Positions 36,453 to 46,362 of a DNA stretch of 64,000 bases are shown here, in pieces. The translations under genes were made by a program, and so were the position numbers. The notes under the pieces are model-generated. The model was not told the DNA's origin. It did not search any database and saw only the letters and a list, made by a program, of their open reading frames with translations. Every line of letters begins with the position of its first letter. The stretch's first letter is position 1. The stretch spans positions 7,567-71,566 of the forward strand of contig JBJMIH010000166.1 of NCBI GenBank assembly GCA_045806985.1, read 5' to 3'. This DNA is from Mycobacteriales bacterium. GTDB taxonomy: Bacteria; Actinomycetota; Actinomycetes; Mycobacteriales; JBJMIH01.

Positions 36453-37256
36453 GTGGGGCGCAGGGAACTGCCGTTGGATCCGGACTCCGGGCCGGTCGCG
36501 CGGTTCGCGCACGAGCTGCGCGGGCTGCGCGCCCTGGCCGGCAACCCCAGCTACCGGGAGCTGGCGCGGCGCGCGCACTACTCGGCCTCGGCGCTGTCCA
36601 CCGCCGCCCGGGGTACCGCGCTGCCGTCGCTGGCGGTCACCCGCGCGTACGTGCAGGCGTGCGGCGGGGACGTGTCCGAGTGGGAGGAGCGCTGGCGGGC
36701 CGTTGCCGGCCGGCCCGCCGGGCGGCGCCGGCTCCTCCGGCCGCGCGGGTCGCGCCGGGCCAGGGCCGCCGCGGCGACCGCCGCGATGGTGTGCGGCAGC
36801 GCGCTGGCGGCGGCCGGGACCACGGCGGTGATCGTGGAGCCGGGGCCCGGCCGGCCGGTCACCACCTCCGCCGTGCCGGCCGGGGTGGGGTGGAGCGTGT
36901 TCTGGAACCCGGAACACCTCACCGCCACCGTCACCTCCTCGCGGGCGCTCCGGCTGCGGGTCCGGGCCGGCTCCGGCGCGGTCGGCACCACGCACCTGAG
37001 CGCGCTGCGGCCGGGCGATCCGGTGGTGCTGCGGTTCTGGTACGGCGGGCAGGGACAGGGGGAGATCTGCCCGTTCGTCCGGGACGGCTCCGGCGCCGTC
37101 CGGTGGGTGCCGACCCCGCCGCTGCGCCTCGGGCCGGCCGTGCCGCCGGGCTGGCACGCGTACCGCTGGACCGTGCCGGCGGTGACCCCGCGCGCGCTCG
37201 GCGTCCAGCTCGACGACACCGGCGCGACCGACTTCGTGGTACTGCTCGAACCGTGA
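36453..37256 (+). CDS. XRE-type HTH membrane-anchored protein
   Basis: FAHELRGLRALAGNPSYRELARRAHYSASALSTAARG HTH, one TM (AMVCGSALAAAGTTAVIV), and an extracytoplasmic beta-rich C-domain. Confidence 0.65.
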   Translation: MGRRELPLDPDSGPVARFAHELRGLRALAGNPSYRELARRAHYSASALSTAARGTALPSLAVTRAYVQACGGDVSEWEERWRAVAGRPAGRRRLLRPRGSRRARAAAATAAMVCGSALAAAGTTAVIVEPGPGRPVTTSAVPAGVGWSVFWNPEHLTATVTSSRALRLRVRAGSGAVGTTHLSALRPGDPVVLRFWYGGQGQGEICPFVRDGSGAVRWVPTPPLRLGPAVPPGWHAYRWTVPAVTPRALGVQLDDTGATDFVVLLEP

Positions 37257-37257
37257 G

Positions 37258-38727
37258 TCAGCCGTCCTGGACGGCGCGGCGGAGGCGGAGCGCGGCCAGG
37301 GTGCTGGCGATGTCGCAGGGTGCCGCCGGAGCGGACCTGACCAGGTGCGGGGTGCCGGGGCAGCCGGTCAGGGCGCGCAGCCGGGCGGCGATCCGGTGGC
37401 GGGTCCCCGCCGGCCAGCGCGGGCCCGGGACCGCGCTGGCGGCGGCCAGGTCGGGGAGCGGCGTCGCGTCCGGGTCCTCGACCGCGGGGGTGTCCACTGT
37501 GGCGGGACGCTCGCCGAGCTGGCGGGCGAGCTCGGCGAGCAGGGCGCGGGCGGCGGGCGGCACCGGCCCGGCCGGGGTGCCGAGCTGGGTCCGCAGCTCG
37601 GCGCGGGCCGCGCCGACGTCGCCGGCCGCCGGGCGGCCGCCGGCGGCGCGCAGGGTGGCCACCCACAGCACCAGTCCGAACGGGTCGGCGGCCGGTGGGC
37701 GGTGGGCGCGCAGCGCCCGGACCAGGGCCCGATCGCGTACCGGCAGTCCCGACCCGGCGCGTACCCGCTCCACCAGGTAGGTCGCGTACAGGTCGCCCAG
37801 CTCGCGGTGGGGCGCGGGGAACAGGCCGGAGGCCAGCGGCGCGGTGGTGAGCCGGCGGGCCAGCGGCCGGAGCGTGGCGCGGTCCCCGCCGGCGGCCCGC
37901 CATGCCGCCGCCACCAGGTACCCGACCTGCGGATCGTCCAGTGTGGGCAGTACCGCCGCCAGCCGTTTCCGCACCGCGGCCACCAGCCCGGCGAACTCCG
38001 GCGACCGCCCGGCGAGCTGGACGAACGCCGCCATCTCCACCACCCGGTCGGGCACGGGACGGGCCGGCAACCGGCGACCGGCACCGTGCCACCAGGCCCG
38101 CAGCGCGGTGGCCGGTGGCGGCGCGGGGGCGTCCAGGGCGGCCCGCGCCCGCCGCAGGTTCTCCCGTTCCGGCAGCGTGGCCAGCGCCGTCGCGTCCCGG
38201 TCGAGCGCGGCCAGCGCCCGTCGGCGGGCGTCCCCGGCCAGCGGCGCGCCGGCCTCGGCCAGCGCCTCCACGGCGGCGGCCGTCACCATCACCCGGCCGG
38301 CCGCGCCGGCGGCCACCTCGGGCGGCGCCGCCGGGTCGTGGAACTCGCCGGACGGCTGCTGCCAGGACCGCACGGCGGCCAGGTCGGCCGGGGTGAGCAG
38401 GTGGGTGAAGGCGGCCCGGTCCACCATCGCCAGCGCGTACCGGGTCCACAGCGGCTCGCTCGCGCGCTGGTCGGCGAAGGCGGCGGTGTCCACCCGTACC
38501 GGCGCCACGGCCAGCCCGGCGAGCCGCGCGACGGCGAGCGCGTACCCGGACGTGGCGGCGTCCGGGCCCGGCGCGGGCGGTACCGAGGCCTGGTAGAGGC
38601 CGTCGTCTGCCCGTAACCGGTCCAGGTCGGCCGCCAGGCCGGTGTGCGGGTGCGGCCGGCCGGGGCCGGCGGCGGCGCAACCGGCCGCGAGCAGCCCGGC
38701 GAGCAGGACGGCCGTGGCGCGCGGCAT
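37258..38727 (-). CDS. Ala-rich lipoprotein
   Basis: ATG 38727 after GGAGG. Lipobox LLAAGCAAA. DGLYQ / QQPSGEFHD motifs faintly recall prenyltransferase/terpenoid-cyclase-like alpha-alpha repeats (weak). Confidence 0.55.
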   Translation of the reverse strand: MPRATAVLLAGLLAAGCAAAGPGRPHPHTGLAADLDRLRADDGLYQASVPPAPGPDAATSGYALAVARLAGLAVAPVRVDTAAFADQRASEPLWTRYALAMVDRAAFTHLLTPADLAAVRSWQQPSGEFHDPAAPPEVAAGAAGRVMVTAAAVEALAEAGAPLAGDARRRALAALDRDATALATLPERENLRRARAALDAPAPPPATALRAWWHGAGRRLPARPVPDRVVEMAAFVQLAGRSPEFAGLVAAVRKRLAAVLPTLDDPQVGYLVAAAWRAAGGDRATLRPLARRLTTAPLASGLFPAPHRELGDLYATYLVERVRAGSGLPVRDRALVRALRAHRPPAADPFGLVLWVATLRAAGGRPAAGDVGAARAELRTQLGTPAGPVPPAARALLAELARQLGERPATVDTPAVEDPDATPLPDLAAASAVPGPRWPAGTRHRIAARLRALTGCPGTPHLVRSAPAAPCDIASTLAALRLRRAVQDG

Positions 38728-38796
38728 GGGAGTACCTCCGGAAGGCGGGTGGAGGGGCCGGGGCCTGCCCGGCCCCTCCACGCGGGACGGGACCGG

Positions 38797-39318
38797 TCAG
38801 ACGGCGGAGCCGGCGCAGGTGACCACGCCATTGCTGTGGATGCCCAGCGGCGTGGAGTAGCCCGAGGCCGCCGAGCACACCCTGGTCAGCGCGCCGGCCG
38901 GGACGTACATGCTGCCGGTCATGCTGGCGATCCAGGTGTTCGAGTTGACCTGCGGCGTGGTGGTCACGTCGTTGGCGGTGCCGGTGCCCTGGATCGAGCA
39001 GCCGGACCCGCCGCCGCAGGTGACCGTGATCGCCAGGCCGATCGAGTGGAACGTCGCCTGGTTGGTGATCGAGGTCATCGTTAGGTGGGCGGCGTTGTGC
39101 CAGGCCATCGCCGAGGTCTGCCAGCCGCAGTTGCCGTACGGGAACGGGCCGGCGCACTTCCACACGTTGGACTGCATGTTGTAGCCGCCCCGGCCCATCG
39201 GCGCCGAGGCGCTGTTGGAGTCGGCGTGCGCGGTGCCGGCGAACGTCGCCGCCGACAGCGTCAACGCGAGCCCGGCGGCCGCCCCGGCGGCGAACCGCCG
39301 CACGATCGTGAACTTCAT
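38797..39318 (-). CDS. small secreted Cys-containing protein
   Basis: ATG 39318 after AGGAGG. Signal peptide ending TAHA-DS. No recognised domain. Confidence 0.65.
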   Translation of the reverse strand: MKFTIVRRFAAGAAAGLALTLSAATFAGTAHADSNSASAPMGRGGYNMQSNVWKCAGPFPYGNCGWQTSAMAWHNAAHLTMTSITNQATFHSIGLAITVTCGGGSGCSIQGTGTANDVTTTPQVNSNTWIASMTGSMYVPAGALTRVCSAASGYSTPLGIHSNGVVTCAGSAV

Positions 39319-39335
39319 GGGTCCTCCTTGAGCTG

Positions 39336-39770
39336 TCATCCGCAGACGATCGGGGTGGAGAAGGTGCCCTGGCCCTCGACCTCGGCGAAGACGATCGAGC
39401 AGTCGTGCGGGCCGCGGAACGGCACGCCGGTGAAGTCGTGCCTCGACGTCTGGAGCACGTCGATCCGCTCCCAGGCGGTGTCGGGGCTGACGTAGTACTC
39501 GTTGGTGCGGCTGGAATCCAGCAGCGCGTAGCTGAACCTGGCCACGATCGGCGGGCCGCCGGTCTTGTGGTACTCGGCGTGGATCCAGGTCGCGTTCTGG
39601 CCGCGGACCACGCCGATGTACTGGCCCAGGTCGCCGTTGGGCAGGTGGGTCCAGACCCACTGGCCGGCCGCGGCGTTGGCGTCACCGACCGCCCCGGCGG
39701 CCGCCGCGCCGCCGGTCAACGCCAGCGCCAGCGTCACCGCCGTGGCAATCCGCTTGGCGAAGGTACGCAT
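39336..39770 (-). CDS. small secreted protein
   Basis: ATG 39770 after GGGAGTGAG. Signal peptide ALALTGGAAAAGA. It sits 17 nt upstream of the next secreted-protein gene. Confidence 0.65.
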   Translation of the reverse strand: MRTFAKRIATAVTLALALTGGAAAAGAVGDANAAAGQWVWTHLPNGDLGQYIGVVRGQNATWIHAEYHKTGGPPIVARFSYALLDSSRTNEYYVSPDTAWERIDVLQTSRHDFTGVPFRGPHDCSIVFAEVEGQGTFSTPIVCG

Positions 39771-39989
39771 GTCTCACTCCCTTCCGGGTGAGGCGAAAAC
39801 TCGGACGCCGCCACCCGACCACCCCCACCGCACCCCCACCACCTCGCCAAACGCACTGATCAATCGCTGTCCAATCGCACAACCGCGCCCGCCTGACACC
39901 GGCTCACTTCAGTGCCGTTTCAGCGTCGCGTCAGCGGCGGGGCGGATTATCGGTACGGTCGCGGATGAGGGGACCACGGCGATCTGGGG

Positions 39990-42308
39990 GTGGGCATGGG
40001 AAGCGAGCATCGGACGCCGCGTCGAGGGGCCGCGCTGTCCGGGGAGCGCCGGGCCGGGACCGGACAGGGTCCCGCCCGGCCGTCCAGCCCTGGCCGGTCG
40101 CCGCTGCCGGCGGTGCCCGCCCAGCTCATCGGGTTGCAGCGCTCCGCGGGCAACGCCGCCGTCGCCGGCCTGCTCGGCGCGGTGCAGCGCGCCGCGGCCA
40201 CGACGGCGCCCGCCGGCGTCGCCAGGTACGGCACCACCCGGCTCACCGACCGCCTCCGCGACATGATGAGACGCGGCGTGCTCGGTGTGGCCGGCGCGCC
40301 CGCCACCCTCGACGAGGAGCAGATCTTCATGCTCCAGGGGGTCGCCAACGTGGAGACCGGCGGCATGGACAACGCCGTCTACACGAAGGACAACATGTAC
40401 GTCAGCCTCGGCTTCAAGCAGGTCACGCTGGGCTGGGGCTCGCTCTACGACATCATCAACGCCGTGCCGGGGGTGTTCGCCAGGCACGGCATCGTGCTGG
40501 GCGGCGGGACGTACCACCTCAAGGCCGGGAACCTGCCGGCCGTCGAGGGCGCGCCGGATCCGGTCGCCCTGAAGACTCCGCCGTGGACCGACCGGTTCTT
40601 CGACGCGGGCGCGGAGGACGAGGTCGTGTCCGCGATGGTGGCGTTCACCCTCAAGGAGCTCGGGCGGATGGAGCGCCGGTTCGCCCACGACAGCCCCGGC
40701 AGGTCGAACCCGTGGATGAAGGACCCGACCGCGCGGGCCTGGCTGCTGGAGACGATGAACAACCGCCCGGCGTACGCGTACGTGGCGGCCAAGGCCACCC
40801 TCGCGAAGACGAGCGGGCAGCAGCTCGGCAGGGACGCGTTCCTCGACGTCCTCCGGGCGGAGATTCTCGCCGCGTACGAGGCCCGGGACGAGCGCAAGAA
40901 GGGCGAGCACATCGTCAGCAAGATTCCCCGTACCGCTCCGGCGGCGGCCGTGCCCGCACCGGCCCCGGCCCCGGCATCGGCATCGGCATTGGCGAAGGCT
41001 CCGGGCGCCGACCTGCCGGCCAAGGCCGCGGCGGTGCTGCCCGCGCCGGCCCCCGGCGGAGCCGGCGGCGCGCTGCTGCACGCGATCGCCGCCGCCGGCC
41101 TGCTCGCCCCGGCGCTCCGGCTGCTGGCCGCGCTCGGCCACACCGACACCGCCGCGCTGACCAACCTCGCGTTCTGGGCCGCCCACCCCGACCTGTTCGG
41201 CACCAAGCTGCGGCCGGGCCAGCCGGGCTTCGCCGGCCTGGCCACCGAGTGGACCCACCTGCGCGACACGGTCGTGCGCGACGCCGTCACCCGACCGGCG
41301 AACAAGCCGCCCGCCGCGCCGGCGGCGCCGGCCGCCCCGGTCGTCACCCGGCCCGCGCCGAACCTGGTACCCGCCGACCAGGCCGCCCCCCGCACCGGCG
41401 CGACCACCGGCTCGGCCACCGCCGGCAGCGGCGACCGGTACTTCACCCAGGACGGGGCGGGGTACCAGGACGTCGGGGAGTCCGGCCACACCCGGCTCTG
41501 GATGTACGGGTCGTCCGCCGCGAACGTCTGCAACATGACCACGCTGACCATGGGGCTGGTCAGCATGTCCAGCGAGGCCGACCTCCGGACCCGGCTGGTC
41601 GGCCTGCTGCGGTCGCAGGGTATGCACGCCGGCGCGCAGGTCCAGATCAACAACGAGTTCGTGTCACTCGCCGAGGCCCTCGACGACCCCGCCGCCAGCG
41701 CCCGCATTAAGACCATCGACCTGGTGACGGCCGTCGCGATCGGCCAGCACGGCGGGTACGGCACCGTCACCCAGGCCGCGACGATGGCCCGGATCGCCCG
41801 CGACACCGGGCTGGCCACCGGCAGCGAGGAGACCGGTCAGGTCAGGCTGACCAACCCACAGGTCCGCGCGCGGGCGGAACGGATGCTCGGCGAGGGCAGG
41901 CGGGTCATCCTCGGCACCGTGAACCACTACGTCTACCTGCTCGAGGTCCGCGCCGACGGCGTCGTCGTGCACGACCCGGCGGGTGCCCGCGTCGAGCCCA
42001 CCCTGGCCAGGCCGGTGTTCCTGCACAACGGCGGCGTGGACCACATGGCCAGCGAGTTCCTGGCGATGGACGCCGGCCGGCGGGCCGTCGCCCTGCGCCG
42101 GCTCTCCACCAACCCGCAGGTGTCGCCGGTGGTCACCGGCCTGTCGTCGATCGCCGCCCTGCCGGCCAAGGACAGGGCCGCCGCGCTCCGCCAGCTGGCC
42201 GCCGAGCACCCCGGCAAGTTCTCCACCGGCGCCCGGAACTTCTACCCCGACGGCGACTTCCAGGCCAACGACCTCCGCCTCCGGCTCACCCTCACCGCCG
42301 CTCAGTGA
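39990..42308 (+). CDS. large LQRxAGNxAV-motif protein with a putative glycosidase-like domain and a C-terminal Cys-His-Asp peptidase-like domain
   Basis: 772 aa. QLIGLQRSAGNAAVAGLL at aa 45-61. NVETGGMDNAVYTKDNMYVSLGFKQVTLGWGSLYDII resembles lysozyme/chitosanase-type E...D..G..Q segments (weak). Pro/Ala linkers follow. The C-terminal ANVCNMTTLTMGL ... NHYVYLLEVRADGVVVHDPAG fits a papain/C39-like Cys...His...Asp arrangement. Confidence 0.55.
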   Translation: MGMGSEHRTPRRGAALSGERRAGTGQGPARPSSPGRSPLPAVPAQLIGLQRSAGNAAVAGLLGAVQRAAATTAPAGVARYGTTRLTDRLRDMMRRGVLGVAGAPATLDEEQIFMLQGVANVETGGMDNAVYTKDNMYVSLGFKQVTLGWGSLYDIINAVPGVFARHGIVLGGGTYHLKAGNLPAVEGAPDPVALKTPPWTDRFFDAGAEDEVVSAMVAFTLKELGRMERRFAHDSPGRSNPWMKDPTARAWLLETMNNRPAYAYVAAKATLAKTSGQQLGRDAFLDVLRAEILAAYEARDERKKGEHIVSKIPRTAPAAAVPAPAPAPASASALAKAPGADLPAKAAAVLPAPAPGGAGGALLHAIAAAGLLAPALRLLAALGHTDTAALTNLAFWAAHPDLFGTKLRPGQPGFAGLATEWTHLRDTVVRDAVTRPANKPPAAPAAPAAPVVTRPAPNLVPADQAAPRTGATTGSATAGSGDRYFTQDGAGYQDVGESGHTRLWMYGSSAANVCNMTTLTMGLVSMSSEADLRTRLVGLLRSQGMHAGAQVQINNEFVSLAEALDDPAASARIKTIDLVTAVAIGQHGGYGTVTQAATMARIARDTGLATGSEETGQVRLTNPQVRARAERMLGEGRRVILGTVNHYVYLLEVRADGVVVHDPAGARVEPTLARPVFLHNGGVDHMASEFLAMDAGRRAVALRRLSTNPQVSPVVTGLSSIAALPAKDRAAALRQLAAEHPGKFSTGARNFYPDGDFQANDLRLRLTLTAAQ

Positions 42309-42729
42309 CCCGGGTTCCCGGGGGTTCCTCGGCGTGGCGGGGGGTGTAGGCGGCGCGGGCCGTCTGGATCTCGGGGACGCCCGCCTCGAGCTCGTCGGCG
42401 AGCGCGCGGAGGCGGCGGGCGACGCGGGTGCCGAGCGGGGTCAGCGAGTACTCGACGCGCGGCGGGATGGTGGCCTGCGCGTGCCGGCTGATCAGGCCGT
42501 CGCGTTCGAGGGTCTGGAGGGTCTGGGACAGCATCTTCTCGCTGACGCCCTCGACGCGGCGGCGCAGGGCGTTGAAGCGGTAGCTGCCCTCGCCGAGGGC
42601 GAGCAGCGCCAGCGAGGCCCACTTGGTCGTGACGTCCTCGAAGGCGGCCCGCGAGGTGCAGTCGCGGGCGAACACGTCGCTGACCAGTTCCTGGGTGGGG
42701 TCGGTGATCTGCTCGGTCACGGTACCCAC
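42292..42729 (-). CDS. HxlR-family transcriptional regulator
   Basis: CTSRAAFEDVTTKWASLALLAL..YRFNALRRRVEGVSEKMLSQTLQTLERDGLI..PPRVEYSLTPLG. Confidence 0.85.
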   Translation of the reverse strand: MGTVTEQITDPTQELVSDVFARDCTSRAAFEDVTTKWASLALLALGEGSYRFNALRRRVEGVSEKMLSQTLQTLERDGLISRHAQATIPPRVEYSLTPLGTRVARRLRALADELEAGVPEIQTARAAYTPRHAEEPPGTRVTERR

Positions 42730-42796
42730 ACTAGCGCGTCGCTCGTACCGTACGATAGGTTAGTACTTTCTCAGAGTTAGTTAAGGAGTGCTTGCC

Positions 42797-43654
42797 GTGC
42801 CCACGTACGGAGTCACCGGCGCCAGCGGCCACCTCGGCCGGCGCGTGATCGAGAACCTGCTGTCCAGGGGCGTACCCGCGGGGGAGATCGTCGCCGTCGT
42901 CCGTACGCCGGAGAAGGCGGCCGACCTCGCGGGGCGCGGCGTCGACGTCCGGCTCGGCGACTACTCGCGGCCGGAGACGCTGCCCGCCGCCCTGGCCGGC
43001 GTGCGCCGCCTGCTGCTGGTGTCCGGCAGCGAGCCGGGCAAGCGGGTGCCGCAGCACGCCGCCGTTGTCGAGGCGGCCACGGCCGCCGGGGTCGAGCGCC
43101 TGCTGTACACCAGCATCCTGCGGGCTGACACCAGCACGAACCCGCTCGCCGGCGAGCACAAGGCCAGCGAGGAGATCATCGCCGCGGCCGGCCTGCCGTA
43201 CACGCTGCTTCGCAACAGCTGGTACACGGAGAACTACACCCAGCAGCTCCAGCAGTACCTGGACACCGGCCAGATCGTCGGCGCCGCCGGCGCCGGCAAG
43301 GTCTCCGCCGCCCCGCGCGCCGACTACGCCGAGGCGGCGACCGCCGCCCTGGTCGGCGACGAGGGCGGCGACGTGACGTACGAGCTGGGCGGCACCGCCT
43401 TCACCTTCGAGGAGCTGGCGGCGGCGGTCACCGAGGTCACCGGCACCAAGGTCGGGTACCGCGACCTGCCGCCGGCCGAGTACGCCGCCGTGCTGCGGGA
43501 GGCCGGGCTGGACGCCGCCACCGCCGAGTTCGTCGCCGCGATCGACTCCTCGATCGCCGCCGGCGACCTGGAGACCGGCAGCGACGACCTGACCAGGCTG
43601 ATCGGCCGCCCGACCGGCTCGCTCACCGAGGCCGTCGCCGCCGCCGTCGGGTGA
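42797..43654 (+). CDS. NmrA-like/SDR-family NAD(P)-binding oxidoreductase
   Basis: AAGGAG 8 nt before GTG 42797. YGVTGASGHLGRRV Rossmann motif. Classic divergent pairing with HxlR. Confidence 0.85.
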   Translation: MPTYGVTGASGHLGRRVIENLLSRGVPAGEIVAVVRTPEKAADLAGRGVDVRLGDYSRPETLPAALAGVRRLLLVSGSEPGKRVPQHAAVVEAATAAGVERLLYTSILRADTSTNPLAGEHKASEEIIAAAGLPYTLLRNSWYTENYTQQLQQYLDTGQIVGAAGAGKVSAAPRADYAEAATAALVGDEGGDVTYELGGTAFTFEELAAAVTEVTGTKVGYRDLPPAEYAAVLREAGLDAATAEFVAAIDSSIAAGDLETGSDDLTRLIGRPTGSLTEAVAAAVG

Positions 43655-43723
43655 GACGCTCCGCACGGTGTGCCCTGTGTCACGGTAGGAAATAGGCGCA
43701 GATCGGCCTCCTGTTGACGTTGG

Positions 43724-44314
43724 TTGAAGCGGGAGGGCGATCGGAGGCGCCGGATGAGCACCCTGGTGACGGGCTCGGTGACAGGGCCGGTGACGGTATC
43801 GCTGCGTGGCGGCACGAGGGAACTGTCGCGAGCACCTGCACGGCCTCCGGAAGCGAAAGCGCCAGCGGCCGGCGGCGACCCGGTCCGGTGCCAGCGCCGG
43901 CGAATCATGCGGCTGTTCGCGGCCGGCGCCGCGGGCATGGTGCCGTGGACGGTCGTGATGGCACTGACGCTGCCCGCCGAACACCAGGTCCACCAGTGGC
44001 GGCTGACCTGGGCCGGCTTCGACGTCCTGCTGATTGCGGCCCTGGCCGCCACCGCGGTACTCGGCCGGCGGCGGCACCCGGCGGCCCTCCTCACCTCGCT
44101 GCTCACCGCCGTGCTGCTGATCTGCGACGCGTGGTTCGACGTGTCCCTCGACGTCGGCAGCCGGGACATCTGGCTGTCGGCGGGGATGGCGCTGTTCGTC
44201 GAGCTGCCGGTGGCCGCCGTGCTCATCTGCCGTGCGTACGCGGTGATCTCCTCGCTGTCCTGGCCACCCCGCCCAGCCCCAGCCGCCGAGCAGGAGCACA
44301 CCCCCACCGCGTAG
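43724..44314 (+). CDS. integral membrane protein
   Basis: Four hydrophobic segments after RRRIMRLFAAGAAGMVPWTVVMALTL. The true start may be ATG 43907. Confidence 0.5.
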   Translation: MKREGDRRRRMSTLVTGSVTGPVTVSLRGGTRELSRAPARPPEAKAPAAGGDPVRCQRRRIMRLFAAGAAGMVPWTVVMALTLPAEHQVHQWRLTWAGFDVLLIAALAATAVLGRRRHPAALLTSLLTAVLLICDAWFDVSLDVGSRDIWLSAGMALFVELPVAAVLICRAYAVISSLSWPPRPAPAAEQEHTPTA

Positions 44315-44610
44315 GCCGGAGCTGACTCCGGGAACGGGGGAAGGGCGGCATCCGGCGCCCCCTCCCCTTCGCTCACATCCCTCCGAGCGCTTCCTTCAGT
44401 TCTCCCGTACCGGCCGGCCGTTGCGGGCTTCCGGTGGTACGGCGTCGAGCACGTCGCGGGCCCTGATCCTGACCATGGCCACTCTCTGGTCGATGGGTAC
44501 GTCGAGGAGGACGTTGAGGTGCGGTCGCAGGCGTCGGCGATCCCGTCGCGGAGGCGAGTACCGAACCCGCCGAGGCGCTCGCACCGTTCGGGCCCGACCG
44601 TCCCCGAGCC

Positions 44611-45357
44611 TCAGGCCGGCAGCTGGCGTACCTGCCAGCCCCACGTGAAGCCGCCGAAGATCTCGACCACGTCCTTGCCGGCCGCGTCGCGGGTACCGGT
44701 GTCGCGGACGAGGAAGCTCTCGGCCATGAAGCGGTCCGACAGCGGCACGGAACCGCCGCCCGGCCCGCCGGAGCCGAGGCCGACGCCGATCTGGGGGATG
44801 TCGTCGAAGTTGACGATCTGCTCGCCGTAGATCGAGGTGAGGCCGCCGAGGATGTAGAAGGGGTTGGCGCGGCCCGCGTTGTCGAGCTCGCTCGTCCCCG
44901 ACCAGTTGACCACCTGGATCCACTGGAGAGAGTGATGGGTGCCCGGATCGTCCCGGTCGGGGTGGTAGGCGACGTACAGGTCGGCTCCGTAGGAGGTCAC
45001 CGGCGCCTGGTCCGTCGGCTCCTGCACGAACACGCTGTAGGACTGGACGCTGAACTCGTCTCGGCCCCGGAAGCCGCCCTGGTACCGGAAGGCGTAGTAC
45101 GCGCCGAAGGCGTCGCCGAGTGTCTGCTGGAACTTGACGGTCGGGTCCGCCGGCACGTCCTCGTACCGCGGGTCGGTGGAGCCACCGAGCCCCAGAGGCA
45201 GCAGCTCGACCCGGTACGGCAGGCCGTTGAAGGTGAAGTCCTTGCTGCTGAGGTGGCCGCCGATGGTCGCGCCGGTCCGCTGCCCGCCCGGTCCCGGCGA
45301 GTAGAGGGCAGCCGGCGTAAGACCGGCGTAAATCGGTCGCTTGGGCGGTTGGCGCAT
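44611..45357 (-). CDS. hypothetical protein
   Basis: 248 aa with good coding character, no signal peptide and no recognised domain. Confidence 0.6.
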   Translation of the reverse strand: MRQPPKRPIYAGLTPAALYSPGPGGQRTGATIGGHLSSKDFTFNGLPYRVELLPLGLGGSTDPRYEDVPADPTVKFQQTLGDAFGAYYAFRYQGGFRGRDEFSVQSYSVFVQEPTDQAPVTSYGADLYVAYHPDRDDPGTHHSLQWIQVVNWSGTSELDNAGRANPFYILGGLTSIYGEQIVNFDDIPQIGVGLGSGGPGGGSVPLSDRFMAESFLVRDTGTRDAAGKDVVEIFGGFTWGWQVRQLPA

Positions 45358-45373
45358 CGTTACCGTCGGTGGC

Positions 45374-46279
45374 GTGATCTACGAGGACCCGCTGGCGTAC
45401 CTGCTCGGTGTCGAGGGTGTCGCGTTGATGCGGGCGTTCACCGGGGAGTACGACCGCGCGTTCACCGAGGAGCGGATCGCCGAGATCCGCCGGCTGCTGG
45501 CGGACGAGTCGCTCGCCGGCAAGGGGCTCGAGGTCGAGCGGCTGACCACAGTGGACGGGTACGAGGTGTGGTCGCGGACGTACGACGACGGGATCGACTG
45601 GGCCGCTGAGTACGAGGAGCCGCAGGTCAAGGCGATCATCGACCCGTTGCCCGCCGGCGACGTCCTGGACGCGGCCTGCGGCACCGGCCGGTGGTCGGAG
45701 TACCTGGCGGCGCAGGGCCACCGCGTCATCGGCGTGGACAGCTCGCCCGACATGCTCGTCAGGGCGCGGGCCCGGGTGCCGGCGGGCGAGTTCCGGCAGG
45801 GCGACCTGCAACACCTGCCGTTGGACGACGGCAGCGTCGACCTGGTCGTTTGCGCGCTGGCGCTCACCCACGTGCCGGAGCTGGAGCCGGTGCTGGCCGA
45901 GTTCGCCAGGGTGCTGCGCCCCGGGGGCCACGCGGCCATCTCCGACATGCACGACACGACGATGGCGCGTACCGGCGGCGCCAAGGCCGTGCTGCCCGAC
46001 GGCCGGCTCGGCCGCATGCCGTCGTACCGCCACACGGCCGGCGACTACGTGCGCGCCGCCCTGGCGGCGGGCTTCCAGATCCGCGGCTGCGAGGAGCCGC
46101 TGGTGTTCCCGCGGGAGGTCACGGAGGAGCCGTGGCCGCCCACGCCCGCCGAGCTCACGATCGGGCCGTGGACCGGCTGGCCGTTCAACCTGACCCCGCT
46201 CGTGCCGGCCGCCGCCCGCGCCGCCACCGCCGGAAGCCCCTCCACGGTCATCTGGCACCTCCAGCTCCCCGCCGCCTGA
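45374..46279 (+). CDS. class I SAM-dependent methyltransferase
   Basis: Motif I VLDAACGTGRW and post-I IGVDSSPDML, then VDLVVCALALTHV. Confidence 0.8.
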   Translation: MIYEDPLAYLLGVEGVALMRAFTGEYDRAFTEERIAEIRRLLADESLAGKGLEVERLTTVDGYEVWSRTYDDGIDWAAEYEEPQVKAIIDPLPAGDVLDAACGTGRWSEYLAAQGHRVIGVDSSPDMLVRARARVPAGEFRQGDLQHLPLDDGSVDLVVCALALTHVPELEPVLAEFARVLRPGGHAAISDMHDTTMARTGGAKAVLPDGRLGRMPSYRHTAGDYVRAALAAGFQIRGCEEPLVFPREVTEEPWPPTPAELTIGPWTGWPFNLTPLVPAAARAATAGSPSTVIWHLQLPAA

Positions 46280-46362
46280 CCGCCGTCCGTGTCCGGAAAC
46301 CGAGGGTGGTTGGCGGGATCGCACGTTCCGCCGACCGCCCTGCCGCGTCCAGAATCGACCGG

